Assembly: GCA_965140445.1 (NCBI GenBank)
Contig: OZ223236.1
Location: 2,016,001 to 2,080,000 of the forward strand
DNA length: 64,000 nucleotides
Direction of reading: 5' to 3'
Origin: Candidatus Ozemobacteraceae bacterium
GTDB lineage: Bacteria > Muiribacteriota > Ozemobacteria > Ozemobacterales > Ozemobacteraceae
The position numbers were made by a program, and so were the translations under genes. The notes below the pieces were generated by a model. The model was not told the origin of the DNA. It saw only the letters and a program-made list of their open reading frames with translations, and made no database searches. Below are positions 1 to 10,363 of the stretch, one piece after another. Positions within the stretch are counted from its first letter, which is position 1. Each line of letters opens with the position of its first letter.

Positions 1-135
1 CGATTTGTTGAAGAGTTTGGGCCGACAGGAATTGGCTACGCCGCTATAGTTGCCTATTCTTCGCAAATGGTGGCAATTTTATTAATAAGAGCAATAAAAA
101 AAGTCCCTGCTAAATTAAAAGCAGGGACTTTGTAA
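1..135 (+). CDS. 3' end of a probable membrane protein (truncated by window edge)
   Basis: Frame 1 is open from base 1 (RFVEEFGPTGIGYAAIVAYSSQMVAILLIRAIKK...) to TAA at 133-135; it contains a hydrophobic helix. Confidence 0.4.
   Translation, partial: RFVEEFGPTGIGYAAIVAYSSQMVAILLIRAIKKVPAKLKAGTL
96..131. terminator. Intrinsic terminator hairpin
   Basis: AAAGTCCCTGC...GCAGGGACTTT flanked by an A tract, just downstream of the minus-strand gene ending at 147. Confidence 0.75.
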
Positions 136-146
136 GGCTTTAAGAA

Positions 147-965
147 TTAATGCAAAAACTCTTTGCTGCTAAGTATTTTCTGGCGAGTTTCAAAATCTTT
201 ATAATCACTTTCTGGCAAGAAAACTGTCGCATCAAAATTCTCGATCATATTAAAAACATAGGTTTTGTTTGCATTGTTTGAAGCTTCTTCCCAATTTTTT
301 GCAAATTGAGAGAAGATAACAAAGTCCTTGGGCACAGAAATTTCAATTTTTACATCTTTAAAAGAAACTGGAAAAATACCCCATTTCGAAACAAGTGGAC
401 CTACCATAAATCTTTTCCCAAATTTTTCATTATCGAAAAAGCGTGTAAATTCATCAAAGGCAAAGCGTTTTTTTGATTTTCCGGCTTTGGCAAGACCTTC
501 TTCTCTTTCTCTAAGAGCTTTTCTTACTGAATCTACGCTATAGTTTATGCTTTGTTTTGCGGAAATCTCAAACTTAATTTCGGCATTGCTTTCGAGTTGA
601 AAAGAGTAACGTGGGTTTTTTCTGTCAAAAGAGATTTTTTTCCCATTTATTTTTATGTTCACAGCATTGGCAGAAGTAGGGTAGAGGACGCGAAACTTTA
701 CGGAACTTTTAACTAACCCTTCGCTAACATTTTTCAGCGTTACTTTTAAGTTTGAAGATAGATCTGAATTCACAATTTTTGCGCTTGCTTTACAATCCGT
801 TACTTCAAATGTATCTGAATAACCTTTTTCAATAACTATTTCTGGCATTCTGGGGAGAAGGTTTTTTGAAGTTGCCATGACGCTATTGCAAAGCACAGTT
901 GTAAGCATCAGAACGATTAATGCTGAAACTGTAATGCTAAGATTTCTTATTTTTTTGTTTAACAT
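147..965 (-). CDS. Exported hypothetical protein
   Basis: 272-aa ORF with basic-hydrophobic N-terminus and GGAGG RBS. Confidence 0.75.
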   Translation of the reverse strand: MLNKKIRNLSITVSALIVLMLTTVLCNSVMATSKNLLPRMPEIVIEKGYSDTFEVTDCKASAKIVNSDLSSNLKVTLKNVSEGLVKSSVKFRVLYPTSANAVNIKINGKKISFDRKNPRYSFQLESNAEIKFEISAKQSINYSVDSVRKALREREEGLAKAGKSKKRFAFDEFTRFFDNEKFGKRFMVGPLVSKWGIFPVSFKDVKIEISVPKDFVIFSQFAKNWEEASNNANKTYVFNMIENFDATVFLPESDYKDFETRQKILSSKEFLH

Positions 966-995
966 AAACCAACCTCCATTTGTTGGGGTCTACAA

Positions 996-1024
996 AGTAT
1001 AGTTACTTGCCTCCAACTTGTCAA
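996..1024 (-). promoter_or_regulatory. sigma70-type promoter
   Basis: TTGACA-17 nt-TATACT upstream of the gene starting at 965. Confidence 0.75.
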
Positions 1025-1090
1025 AGCTATGGAAGTTTTTTAGTTATTGGGGTATCATTTTTCTTATATAAATAAGGAAAGGACCTCCCC

Positions 1091-1963
1091 TTGAAAAACA
1101 CAGTATTTGCAGATTTGCATGTTCATAGCACTGCTTCTGATGGAGTTCTTACACCATTTCAGCTCGTAAGCCATGCAACAGAAATTGGTCTGAAGGTTAT
1201 GGCCATTACAGATCACGATACCCTGGATGGAATTGAGGATGCTCGACTTGCCGCTAAGGACAAGGATATTGAGATTATTTCAGGTATAGAGTTGTCTTGT
1301 GGCTGGGAAGGAAGAGACTCTTCTATTCATGTGCTAGGGCTATTTCTGGTTGATGATGCCGGGCCACTGAAAAAGTTACTTGAAGAGCAACAGATTTCAA
1401 GATACAAGAGAGCTTTTCGGATCTTGGATTTGCTTGAAGAAACCGGGATAGACACTCAGGAGTTAAAAGATAATTTCTTAACTACTCCGGAACGAATCCT
1501 TGGAAGACCTCATATCGCAAGATTTTTGCAGGAAAAAGGTCATATCAATTTTTTCCAGGAAGCTTTTGATAAGTATCTTGCCTATGGTAAGCCCGCTTAT
1601 GTTCCTAAAGATCATCTTGATCCCATGGTTGGTATTAATGCCATTCATGAAGCTGGTGGAATTGCAGTGCTTGCTCATCCAGGGCTTGTTCCCGATTGGG
1701 CTACAGTTTGGTCCAGGATTTCTGGTATGCCATGGGATGGTTTTGAAATTTATTATTCAGAACATAGTTCTAAACAAATCAGATTCTTTGAAGAAATCGC
1801 AAAAGATAAAAAATGGCTTTCCACAGGTGGAAGCGATTATCACGGGGAATATGGAAAACATGCTGACCGTCTTGGAAAATACGGTTTAAATGAAGAACAA
1901 TATAAGTTATTGACCTCAGGAGTTGAGGCCAGGAGGGCTGCTGGAATTGGAAAAGAAATTTGA
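1091..1963 (+). CDS. PHP-domain metal-dependent phosphoesterase (TrpH/YciV-like)
   Basis: Motifs DLHVHSTASDG, ITDHDT, GRPHIAR, LAHP, GGSDYHG. Confidence 0.9.
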   Translation: MKNTVFADLHVHSTASDGVLTPFQLVSHATEIGLKVMAITDHDTLDGIEDARLAAKDKDIEIISGIELSCGWEGRDSSIHVLGLFLVDDAGPLKKLLEEQQISRYKRAFRILDLLEETGIDTQELKDNFLTTPERILGRPHIARFLQEKGHINFFQEAFDKYLAYGKPAYVPKDHLDPMVGINAIHEAGGIAVLAHPGLVPDWATVWSRISGMPWDGFEIYYSEHSSKQIRFFEEIAKDKKWLSTGGSDYHGEYGKHADRLGKYGLNEEQYKLLTSGVEARRAAGIGKEI

Positions 1964-3251
1964 TAAAAAACGGGTAAATCCCAAATCTTCACCTAAAACT
2001 GCTCCAAAAGGAGCGCCTGGAAAAGGGCCCAGATCAAAAGCTTCGTTTAAGGATTCTCCAAGGTCTCCATATAGCGCGCCTAAAAAGATTGTATCTAGCT
2101 CAAAACCTGTTAAGAGTTTAAATGAAGAAGCCGAAGAAAAAAGACCTCTCGGTCCGGCTAGACTATGTTTTATCGCTGATTTTAAAGCTCCACAGGCGTA
2201 TGGAAGAATATTTTCTGAACTTATGAGCGCATCAAGAAATTGTGAGGTTCCATTTTCCTGCTCAATGAACCCTGGATATCTTCATCAAAAAGATTTTCCG
2301 CTTACCAGTATTGTGAGCAAGGTCGTTAGAAGGCCTGATACAGGAAGAATAAGAATTCACGGAATGTCTGCTTTTGCCTTGCCTGACTCAATTGAAAAGG
2401 GCTATTATTGGGCTTTTACAGGTTTTGATGCAATTAATAGTAAGCGCGAGCCTTTAAAGAAATTGAAGCAGGTGGATAAGGTTTTTGTGCCTTCTACTCT
2501 TCACATGGAAGCATGTGTAAAAGCTGGAGTTGACTCAGAGAAAGTTCAAGTCTTTGTTCCACCTGTAAATACAAGATCTTTTCATCCCAGGCTGCAATGC
2601 CCCGAAAAGTTTAAAAAAGGTAAAAATTACCGATTTATAGTTGTTGGTGGTCCGCTCAGAAAAAAAGGAATAGACCTGATTCTTAAGGCTTTTATTGAAG
2701 AGTTTAAAGCTGAGGAAAAGGTTGAGCTTGTTCTGAAATTGACCCACATGCCAAAAGTTAAGAAATCATTTAAATATGAGATTGCTGATTTGAAGAAAAG
2801 GGTGGGGGCTCTCAACGAAATGTTCCCAAAAGTCATGATAATTGACGAAACAATTGATGAGCGTGAGCTTGCAGGGTTGATGGCTTCTGGAAATGCCTAT
2901 GTTACAGCCAATCGTGCATATAATTGGGCGCTTTCAGTTAGAGAAGCCATGGCTTGCGCTTTACCAATTGTAGGACCGGATGTCTTAAAAGATTTACTTG
3001 GTATTACTGATGAACAGGGATATTTCTTTTCAACCAAAAAAGCTAAAGTTGGCGAGAGCGAAATTTATCCAGGTTCTAAACCAGGTGATGTCCATGAGCC
3101 AAATATGGAAGAGTTTAAGCTTGCAATGCGAACTGCTTTTACCAATAGAAATCAGGCAAGAAAAAAAGGTCTAGTGGGACAGAGAGCGCTTAAAGCACAG
3201 CCAGGTTGGAAAGAAGCTTCTAGAGCTCTTTATAAATTGGCTGACGACTGA
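1947..3251 (+). CDS. GT-B (family 4-like) glycosyltransferase with basic low-complexity N-terminus
   Basis: RKKGIDLILKAF and EAMACALP motifs; likely start TTG 1947 after AGGAGG (ORF track starts at 1923). Confidence 0.75.
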   Translation: MEKKFDKKRVNPKSSPKTAPKGAPGKGPRSKASFKDSPRSPYSAPKKIVSSSKPVKSLNEEAEEKRPLGPARLCFIADFKAPQAYGRIFSELMSASRNCEVPFSCSMNPGYLHQKDFPLTSIVSKVVRRPDTGRIRIHGMSAFALPDSIEKGYYWAFTGFDAINSKREPLKKLKQVDKVFVPSTLHMEACVKAGVDSEKVQVFVPPVNTRSFHPRLQCPEKFKKGKNYRFIVVGGPLRKKGIDLILKAFIEEFKAEEKVELVLKLTHMPKVKKSFKYEIADLKKRVGALNEMFPKVMIIDETIDERELAGLMASGNAYVTANRAYNWALSVREAMACALPIVGPDVLKDLLGITDEQGYFFSTKKAKVGESEIYPGSKPGDVHEPNMEEFKLAMRTAFTNRNQARKKGLVGQRALKAQPGWKEASRALYKLADD

Positions 3252-4732
3252 CTTTTTTGAGCTATTGGAAAGTTAAGTCTAAAGGAAGTTCCTACATTTT
3301 CTTTAGACTTAACTGTTATAGTTCCTTTTAATAATTGCACAAGTCTGTAAGAAACTGCCAGACCTAACCCGGTTCCTTTCCAATCTCTTTTGGTGGTAAA
3401 GAACGGATCAAAAATTTGTTCTAATTGTGATTCGGGGATACCACAACCTGAATCTTTGATTTCTATAAAGACCGTGTCTCTCTCAATATCTTTTACCAGG
3501 CGAACTTTTATATAGCCTTCGCCCAGGATAGCCTGAGAAGAATTGAGTAAAAGATTTACCATTACCTGCTGGAACTGGTTTTTACTCCCGGTAAGGGTCA
3601 AATCTTCGTTTGAATGCTCAAAATCAATCTTGATTTGATCATTTTCTTTCTGGTAGCTGACCAGCTTGAGGGTTTCTTCTATCGCTGGTACTAAACTAAA
3701 TGAACCGGATTCAGCACGTTCCTGTCTTGAAAAAACTCGCAAGTCCTCAATAATTCTTGATATTCGCCCTATGTTAGTCAATACGAGGTCTAGAAGGTCT
3801 TCCCGTTTGTCTATGCTAATGCTGGACTTTTTAAGAATCTGTATGGCATTAGAAATCCCGGTTAGAGGATTATTTATCTCATGAGCGATACCAGCAGTTA
3901 AGATTCCTAACGAATTGATCTTTTCAGCTCTGGTAAGAACCTTTTCCATATTATATTTTTCGGTCACGTCTCTGATAACAATTTGAACCATCGGAACTTT
4001 TGTGCCCTGAGATTCGGCAGGAATACCTCTGATTTCCAGAAATACGCTTTGCTCATTGCCTAGAAAAAAAGACAGATTCCTTGTTACTAAAAGATTACTT
4101 CCCTTGACCTTATCTATGAGTAGTTCTATTTCTTCAAATAATGGGGACAAAAGTAAAAGCTCTTTTATGCTTTGCCCATTAGTTATAGGAAGATTCTTAA
4201 ATGGAAGAATTGATTTCAATCGCCTATTGAAAAATACCAGCTCTGATTCTGGCGAAAAGAGAAGGATTCCATCTGGAGAATGCTCAATAAGCTGTCTATA
4301 TCTTTTTTCTGACAGCTCCAGGTCTTTTTTCAAAGAGTCGATTCTTAGATGCGCTTCAATTCTTGCCAGAAGTTCGCTGCTGGAAAAGGGTTTTACCAGA
4401 AAATCATCTGCACCAGCATTGAAGCCTTCTAGCTTTTCTTCCAGAGAGCCTTTGGCTGTAATAAAGATAACTCTTATTGAGCTGGTTTCCTTGTTTGCTC
4501 TGATCCTTCTGCAAACCTCAAACCCATCAAGCCTTGGCATCATAACGTCAAGTAAAACGAGGGCTGGCTTTTCCTCTTTTATTTTTTCAAGCGCTTCAAT
4601 ACCGTCATAAGCTTGGCGCGCCTCATAGCCAGAAATAGCCAAGGTTTCAAATAGGTAGTCGCTAATATCTGGCTCATCCTCGATTATAAGTATTTTTTTT
4701 AAATACTCAGAGGAATTTGTGGAGGGTTGCAT
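3230..4732 (-). CDS. Hybrid REC-PAS-histidine kinase
   Basis: Receiver motifs (IIEDE, LLDVMMP, KPF), PAS segment, H-box AHEINNPL, N-box [26 protein letters not shown]. Confidence 0.92.
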   Translation of the reverse strand: MQPSTNSSEYLKKILIIEDEPDISDYLFETLAISGYEARQAYDGIEALEKIKEEKPALVLLDVMMPRLDGFEVCRRIRANKETSSIRVIFITAKGSLEEKLEGFNAGADDFLVKPFSSSELLARIEAHLRIDSLKKDLELSEKRYRQLIEHSPDGILLFSPESELVFFNRRLKSILPFKNLPITNGQSIKELLLLSPLFEEIELLIDKVKGSNLLVTRNLSFFLGNEQSVFLEIRGIPAESQGTKVPMVQIVIRDVTEKYNMEKVLTRAEKINSLGILTAGIAHEINNPLTGISNAIQILKKSSISIDKREDLLDLVLTNIGRISRIIEDLRVFSRQERAESGSFSLVPAIEETLKLVSYQKENDQIKIDFEHSNEDLTLTGSKNQFQQVMVNLLLNSSQAILGEGYIKVRLVKDIERDTVFIEIKDSGCGIPESQLEQIFDPFFTTKRDWKGTGLGLAVSYRLVQLLKGTITVKSKENVGTSFRLNFPIAQKSQSSANL

Positions 4733-4741
4733 TTTTGGTTA

Positions 4742-6022
4742 TTAGCCCCTTACGAAGAGTCCAAGAGTTTCCATGTGGAAGGTTCCAGGGAAAAGATCGA
4801 AAGAATGCACTCTTTCAAGTTTATAACCCATGGCTTTAATATGTTTGGCATCGCGTCTGAAAGTCATCGGGTTGCAGGAAAGATAAGTTATTACTTTCGG
4901 TTTTATGCCGGACATACCACGTAAAACTCTCTGAGAAAGCCCTGTGCGAGGTGGATTAAGATGAACAGCAGCAATAACACCCTTTGTCATTTGGGTATTA
5001 AAAATCCCTTCTGCTTTTCTGCAAAGGAACTTTGCTCTTGAAGAACTTCTGGTTCTTTGGAAATTCACAGCATCATTATAAGACGACTGATTACATTCTA
5101 CGCCGTAGGTTTCTTCGAAAAGGTTTTCAAGAAGAAATGTCTGAATGCCGCATCCACAATACAAATCCAAGAATTTTCCTTTGTGCTGAAAGCTTGTATA
5201 AATAGAAATTAATGTATACAGAATGGCTTCAGCGCCCTCCAGATTGTTTTGGAAAAACGATTTTGCAGAAATATTCCAGTTCTTCTTCATAAAATTGAAA
5301 AGCCCGTTATTTCTCATTTGAGTGATTAGACTGTTGCCTTCAAAAACAACTTCAAGGCGGCTGAGAGACTCGGTTTTTTCAAAGTAATCCTGCAAAGATT
5401 CAAGCTCTTCAGGGGCAGCTTCTTCTTTTAAGTTAACAAGTATTTGCTGAATTGGGGCCAGAGTTCTCACCTGGATGTTTTCAATCTTGGCGGCCAATTT
5501 GGAGTTTTTCTTCAGATTCAGAAGTTTTTCCAGATCTCCGAAAATTACCATGTTTTCTTCGCATTGAACTATACAGCCTTTAAGGGAAACAACCTCGTGG
5601 CTTCTATACTTATAGTTGCCTAGAGTTACCTTGCCATTTTCGTCAATTGCGACTTTCAAATCCATTTTGTTTCTGTAACCTCTTATAGCAAGAGGCTCCA
5701 TTGGATAAAGGTGTTTTGGATGAAGTGGATTTAATATAAAGCCAACAATGGTTTCTTTTTCCCTTCTTTGCGTTTCAGGGGTTAAATGAAGCCAGTGACA
5801 ACCACCGCATTCAGGAAAATTTGGACATGGAGATTCTCTACGCTCTGGAGATGGCTCAAGAATTTCTTTGATTTCACCACGAAGGTAATCATTTTTTTCC
5901 TCAGTAATTTCTATGTTGGCAACATCGCCAGGAGCTCCGTAAGGAATAAAAACTACTTTGCCATCTATGTGCGCGAGGGAATCAATTCCATAGGTCATTT
6001 TTTCAATATTAACTTTATGCAT
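4742..6022 (-). CDS. rlmD: TRAM-domain RNA (uracil-5)-methyltransferase, RlmD/RumA family
   Basis: N-terminal TRAM domain, CPNFPECGGC Fe-S motif, LDLYCGCG, NPPRTG, SCNP, FDLFPGTFHME. Confidence 0.85.
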   Translation of the reverse strand: MHKVNIEKMTYGIDSLAHIDGKVVFIPYGAPGDVANIEITEEKNDYLRGEIKEILEPSPERRESPCPNFPECGGCHWLHLTPETQRREKETIVGFILNPLHPKHLYPMEPLAIRGYRNKMDLKVAIDENGKVTLGNYKYRSHEVVSLKGCIVQCEENMVIFGDLEKLLNLKKNSKLAAKIENIQVRTLAPIQQILVNLKEEAAPEELESLQDYFEKTESLSRLEVVFEGNSLITQMRNNGLFNFMKKNWNISAKSFFQNNLEGAEAILYTLISIYTSFQHKGKFLDLYCGCGIQTFLLENLFEETYGVECNQSSYNDAVNFQRTRSSSRAKFLCRKAEGIFNTQMTKGVIAAVHLNPPRTGLSQRVLRGMSGIKPKVITYLSCNPMTFRRDAKHIKAMGYKLERVHSFDLFPGTFHMETLGLFVRG

Positions 6023-6185
6023 AAAATAAATTTTCCTGATTAGGGTTTAAAACTAAAATTTAAAGACGGTAAAAAAAAGAAGACATTTCTGGCACAATTT
6101 CCAGAAACCAGGCTCAAAATACCTTATTAATGCGTTGTTTGTCAATTATTTCAGTAAGAATTAGTTCTTTTATTACCTGAGTAAG

Positions 6186-6196
6186 TGTGGTATAAT
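6186..6196 (+). promoter_or_regulatory. Extended -10 promoter of rpsO-pnp
   Basis: TGTGGTATAAT about 78 nt upstream of the rpsO start. Confidence 0.7.
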
Positions 6197-6205
6197 TCTT
6201 CCACT

Positions 6206-6249
6206 GTAAGTCTAGGTGTGTACCGAACTCGGGCATTGCTTGGATTTAT
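6206..6249 (+). promoter_or_regulatory. Structured rpsO 5' leader (candidate S15 autoregulatory element)
   Basis: Long G-U-rich hairpin GUAAGUCUAG/UUGGAUUUAU with an inner CCGA/UCGG stem, between the promoter and the RBS. Confidence 0.55.
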
Positions 6250-6273
6250 CAATATATTAAAGGAGATTTTTTT

Positions 6274-6543
6274 ATGTCAATCACAAAAGATGTGAAAACC
6301 CAGGTAATCGAAGAATACAAAACTTCAGAAAAAGACACTGGTTCACCAGAAGTTCAGGTAGCTATCCTCACTAAGAGAATCAACACTCTTGCTTCTCATT
6401 TTGAAGTTAATCCTAAAGATCATCATTCAAGACGCGGACTGCTCAAAATGATCGGTGCTAGAAAAAGACATCTCGCATATTTGAAAAGAAAAGATGTTGC
6501 CAGATATCAGCAGTTGATCAAGAGCCTCGGATTGCGCCGCTAA
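6274..6543 (+). CDS. rpsO: 30S ribosomal protein S15
   Basis: [23 protein letters not shown] and LGLRR motifs; 89 aa. Confidence 0.99.
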   Translation: MSITKDVKTQVIEEYKTSEKDTGSPEVQVAILTKRINTLASHFEVNPKDHHSRRGLLKMIGARKRHLAYLKRKDVARYQQLIKSLGLRR

Positions 6544-6557
6544 TTTAAGGATAAATA

Positions 6558-8684
6558 ATGCAGAAACCAATAGAAATTGTAGCCTGTGATCTAGGTAACC
6601 AAAAGATCGCTTTTGAAACTGGCTTGCTTGCTGGACAGGCAGCTGGTTCTGTTATCGCTAGATGCGGTGACTCTGTGGTACTTGCCGCTGTCGTTTGTAG
6701 TAAAGAAGCTAAAGATGGTTGCGACTTTCTCCCTCTGACTGTTGATTATTCAGAAAGAGCATACGCAGCTGGAAAAATCCCTGGTGGATTCTTTAAGCGC
6801 GAAGGAAGACCATCTACTGGTGAAATTCTTACCTGTAGATTGATTGACCGTCCACTTAGACCAATGTTCCCTGAGCATTACCACAATGATGTTCAGGTTG
6901 CTACTTATGTCATTTCCTATGACAAAGTAAATCAGGTTGACTTGCTTGCCATGAACGCTTCAAGTTGTGCTCTGATGATTTCCGAAATCCCTCTTACTGA
7001 GGCAATCGGATCTGTAAGAATTGGAAAAATTGATGGGCAGTTGATTTTGAATCCTTCTTCTACTCAGCTGGAAGAATCAACCATTGATATGGTTGTTGCC
7101 GGAACAAAAATTGCTATAACCATGGTTGAATCAGGATCTAAAGAAGTTTCTGAAGAAGAACTCCTTGAAGCTCTTGCATTTGCCCATGAAAATATCAAAA
7201 AGATTTGTGCCGCACAGGAAGAACTTGCTGCAAAAATCGGGAAACCAAAAACTGAAGTTCCTGATCCAGAACCAGAACCAGAAGTTGAAGAAGTTGTTAA
7301 AAGCGGACTTGGTGCAGACATTAAGGATGCTTTAAACACTCCTGATAAAGCAGAGCGTGTTGAAAAGTTCAGAATGATTTCTGCCAAGCTTCCAGTAATT
7401 CTAGTCGAAAAACTCGGCGAAGAAGTTGGAGCTGCAAAATTAAATACTGGAAAAAGAATTCTTGAAGAAACTATCTACACTGAAATGAGAAGAATGATTC
7501 TCGAAGAAGGTCGTAGAATAGATAACAGAAAGCTTAATGAAATTAGACCTATTTCATGTGCTGCTGGTATTCTTCCTAGAACTCATGGTTCAGCTCTTTT
7601 CACCAGAGGACAGACCCAGTCACTGGGCGTTGTTACTCTTGGCGCAACTAGCGACTCTCTGATTATTGATGGACTTGATCCAGAAACCAGAAAGAAATTC
7701 TATCTCCATTACAATTTCCCTCCATTCTCGGTTGGCGAAGCCAGACCAATGAGAAGCCCTGGAAGAAGAGAAATTGGACATGGCGCTTTGGCAGAAAGAG
7801 CTCTTGCTCAAGTTATGCCAGAAGCATCAGAATTTCCTTACACAGTTAGAATCGTAAGTGAAATCCTTTCTAGCAACGGTAGCTCATCAATGGCTTCTGT
7901 TTGTTCTGGAAGCTTGTCTCTTATGGACGCTGGTGTTCCAATAAAAGCTCCTGTTGCAGGTATCGCAATGGGTCTGATCAAAGAAAATGATAACTTCAAA
8001 ATCCTAAGTGATATTCTTGGTGATGAAGATCATTTCGGAGATATGGACTTCAAGGTTGCTGGTACTGAAAAAGGCGTAAGCGCACTTCAGATGGATATCA
8101 AAATCAACGGCGTTACTCTTGAAATTATGAGAACTGCTCTTGCTCAGGCAAAAGAAGGCAGACTTCACATTCTTGGCGAAATGAATAAAGCTATTCAGAC
8201 TCCAAGAGAAGATCTCTCACAATTTGCACCAAGAATCGTTACAATTGAAATTGATCCAGAAAAAATGCGAAACGTTATTGGACCTGGTGGAAAAACTATC
8301 CGCAAAATCACTGAAGAAACCAAGGTTTCAATTGAAACAGGCGATGATGGAAAGATTTTGATTATGAGCCCGGATGGAGCTGCAAATCAAAAAGCTATCG
8401 AAATGATTCGCTTGATTACTGAAGATGCAGAAGTTGGAAAAATTTATACAGGAAAAGTAAAACGAATTATGAAGTTCGGCGCTTTTGTTGAAATTCTTCC
8501 TGGCATCGAAGGTATGGTTCACATCAGTCAGCTTGAAGATCGTCGTGTTAACGAAGTTGAAGATGTTGTAAACATCGGAGATGAAGTTAGAGTTAAAGTT
8601 ATTGAAATAGATGGCCAGGGAAGAGTAAATCTTTCCAGAAAAGCTGCTATGGAAAGTGACAAAGCCGACGCTCCAGCAGAATAG
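6558..8684 (+). CDS. pnp: Polyribonucleotide nucleotidyltransferase
   Basis: Two RNase PH domains (PGGFFKREGRP, RREIGHGALA, GDMDFKVAGT), KH and S1 domains; follows rpsO. Confidence 0.99.
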   Translation: MQKPIEIVACDLGNQKIAFETGLLAGQAAGSVIARCGDSVVLAAVVCSKEAKDGCDFLPLTVDYSERAYAAGKIPGGFFKREGRPSTGEILTCRLIDRPLRPMFPEHYHNDVQVATYVISYDKVNQVDLLAMNASSCALMISEIPLTEAIGSVRIGKIDGQLILNPSSTQLEESTIDMVVAGTKIAITMVESGSKEVSEEELLEALAFAHENIKKICAAQEELAAKIGKPKTEVPDPEPEPEVEEVVKSGLGADIKDALNTPDKAERVEKFRMISAKLPVILVEKLGEEVGAAKLNTGKRILEETIYTEMRRMILEEGRRIDNRKLNEIRPISCAAGILPRTHGSALFTRGQTQSLGVVTLGATSDSLIIDGLDPETRKKFYLHYNFPPFSVGEARPMRSPGRREIGHGALAERALAQVMPEASEFPYTVRIVSEILSSNGSSSMASVCSGSLSLMDAGVPIKAPVAGIAMGLIKENDNFKILSDILGDEDHFGDMDFKVAGTEKGVSALQMDIKINGVTLEIMRTALAQAKEGRLHILGEMNKAIQTPREDLSQFAPRIVTIEIDPEKMRNVIGPGGKTIRKITEETKVSIETGDDGKILIMSPDGAANQKAIEMIRLITEDAEVGKIYTGKVKRIMKFGAFVEILPGIEGMVHISQLEDRRVNEVEDVVNIGDEVRVKVIEIDGQGRVNLSRKAAMESDKADAPAE

Positions 8685-8694
8685 TTAATTAAAG

Positions 8695-8732
8695 AAAAAC
8701 CCTCGAAGCGAAATTTCGCTTCGAGGGTTTTT
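8695..8732. terminator. Bidirectional terminator (perfect 38-bp palindrome)
   Basis: AAAAACCCTCGAAGCGAAA-TTTCGCTTCGAGGGTTTTT between convergent genes. Confidence 0.85.
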
Positions 8733-8783
8733 TGTTTTTAATTAAGTTTGAAAGAGTTACGAATTATAGCTTTTGGTTAAAAA

Positions 8784-9590
8784 CTATTTTGAAACTTTTC
8801 TGGCAACTTCAAGATCAAGCTCAGCGCGATAAAGCATTGCTTTCATTTGCGGATTGCTTACTCTGGCAGACATTAATTTAATTTTTAACAATCTTTTTGA
8901 TGCTTCCTGAGTTGTGCTCCAACCGAATTTTCCAAAGCTATCTTTTTTGTCGGGAAAAACAGATTGCAGAAGTGTTTTAAGCTTTCTTTCCATTCTGATT
9001 TGTTTAACCTTGTATTGAACGTAGCCGTCAGAATTTTCCATACGCAAATAACATTCAGAAATCATAGAAAAGATATCAATTCTATGTTTGATATCCATTT
9101 GATCCAGAGTATCTAAAGCCTTGCTGAATTTCTCCAGAGCCTTTTCCATTTTTCCTGATGTAAAAAGACTTAGTCCAGATTGATAGGCTGGAACAGGCTG
9201 GTTAGCCAGAGTTAAGACTTTTTCATATTGAGTATTGCTTTGAGGTTTTGGAAACTGCTTGAGTGGAGATGGAACATTTTTCAATGCCTTGCTCATGTAA
9301 CCGTTGTAAGAGCTTATTGTGGCAGTCATTACGTTTCCAAACATCGTTCTTTTTATTTTACGTGCTTCTCTGGCAGCTTTATAAGAATTGGGATTCCTTC
9401 TTGCGCTGCTGGAAAATGAACTTTTGGAAGATTTTCTATTTTTTGCAGAATGACGGAAGTCAGAGTAGTCTACATATATACGATCATGAGAAAACCTTTT
9501 TTGATCCGACTTGAATATGGTAGTTATGAAATTGTAAATCAAAAATATCATAAGGATTGTCAATCCTATGATTGGCCATTTACGATCCAT
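8784..9590 (-). CDS. Membrane-anchored helical/TPR-like hypothetical protein
   Basis: N-terminal TM helix, Ser/Lys-rich linker, TPR-like helices; last gene of the pseudopilin operon. Confidence 0.65.
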   Translation of the reverse strand: MDRKWPIIGLTILMIFLIYNFITTIFKSDQKRFSHDRIYVDYSDFRHSAKNRKSSKSSFSSSARRNPNSYKAAREARKIKRTMFGNVMTATISSYNGYMSKALKNVPSPLKQFPKPQSNTQYEKVLTLANQPVPAYQSGLSLFTSGKMEKALEKFSKALDTLDQMDIKHRIDIFSMISECYLRMENSDGYVQYKVKQIRMERKLKTLLQSVFPDKKDSFGKFGWSTTQEASKRLLKIKLMSARVSNPQMKAMLYRAELDLEVARKVSK

Positions 9591-9592
9591 AA

Positions 9593-10363
9593 CTAATATT
9601 TCCCATCACTGTCGGTTGAACAGAAATAGCCAGGATTAGCTGTTTCTGCAAGCTTTGTTTTACAGTAAAATTTTGTGACGATATCCAATTCTTCATCTCG
9701 TCTGTTTTGAACTTCATCTTTTTGAGTGTGAAGTCTTAATGTTATAAAAGAAGTATCGGCAGCTTTATCGTCCGAATCAACGAATTCATACTTAAAACCG
9801 GAAGTTTGCGTTTTATCAGGCTTCTGTATATATCCTCGAATTTCAAAATCAACTATATTTTTGAGAATCTTCTTTTCCATGCTTTTGTAAGCTGCTATAT
9901 AAGCTGAATCATTACCTTTTTCAAACTTCATTGGCTTTTGCAGGAAATACAGCCAGCCAGGTTCCCGAACTTTTGTAACGGTTCCGTCTTCATTCCAGGT
10001 ATATTCATATCGGACCGTTTTAATTTTTTGAGGGCTATCGGATCCTGTCTTTTGAGGTCTTCCGGAAGCATCATAAAGTATGTCGTCCAGGGTTGTTCTG
10101 GCAAAGACAAAACTATAAAAACCAAATGATTTTTTCTCGGAATCTACTTTATAAAAACTGTAAGCGGAGGCCATTTCAGTCTCTAAATGGTCTAGAAAAA
10201 TTCTAGTCTCTGCTTGAACCTGACTTTGACTAACAGTATGACGCATTGTTTCTCGTCCGCTGAAATAAAACTTCCATGCGAATCCCATTAAAAGAGCGAG
10301 AATTAATACGGTAATAATCATCTCAACCAGGCTTAGCCCGGATCTTTTAGTTACCAGAGCCAT
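9593..10363 (-). CDS. Prepilin-type N-terminal cleavage/methylation protein (GspJ/PilW-like)
   Basis: KRSG^LSLVE followed by a hydrophobic helix. Confidence 0.8.
   Translation of the reverse strand: MALVTKRSGLSLVEMIITVLILALLMGFAWKFYFSGRETMRHTVSQSQVQAETRIFLDHLETEMASAYSFYKVDSEKKSFGFYSFVFARTTLDDILYDASGRPQKTGSDSPQKIKTVRYEYTWNEDGTVTKVREPGWLYFLQKPMKFEKGNDSAYIAAYKSMEKKILKNIVDFEIRGYIQKPDKTQTSGFKYEFVDSDDKAADTSFITLRLHTQKDEVQNRRDEELDIVTKFYCKTKLAETANPGYFCSTDSDGKY

Noticed and set aside
4056..4610. 184-aa plus-strand ORF and similar antisense ORFs across the window
   Set aside because: They lie antisense to well-supported genes and show no motifs or RBS.
8695..8732. Perfect 38-bp palindrome as a mobile-element end or recombination site
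   Set aside because: Single copy between convergent genes with A/T tails; explained as a bidirectional terminator.
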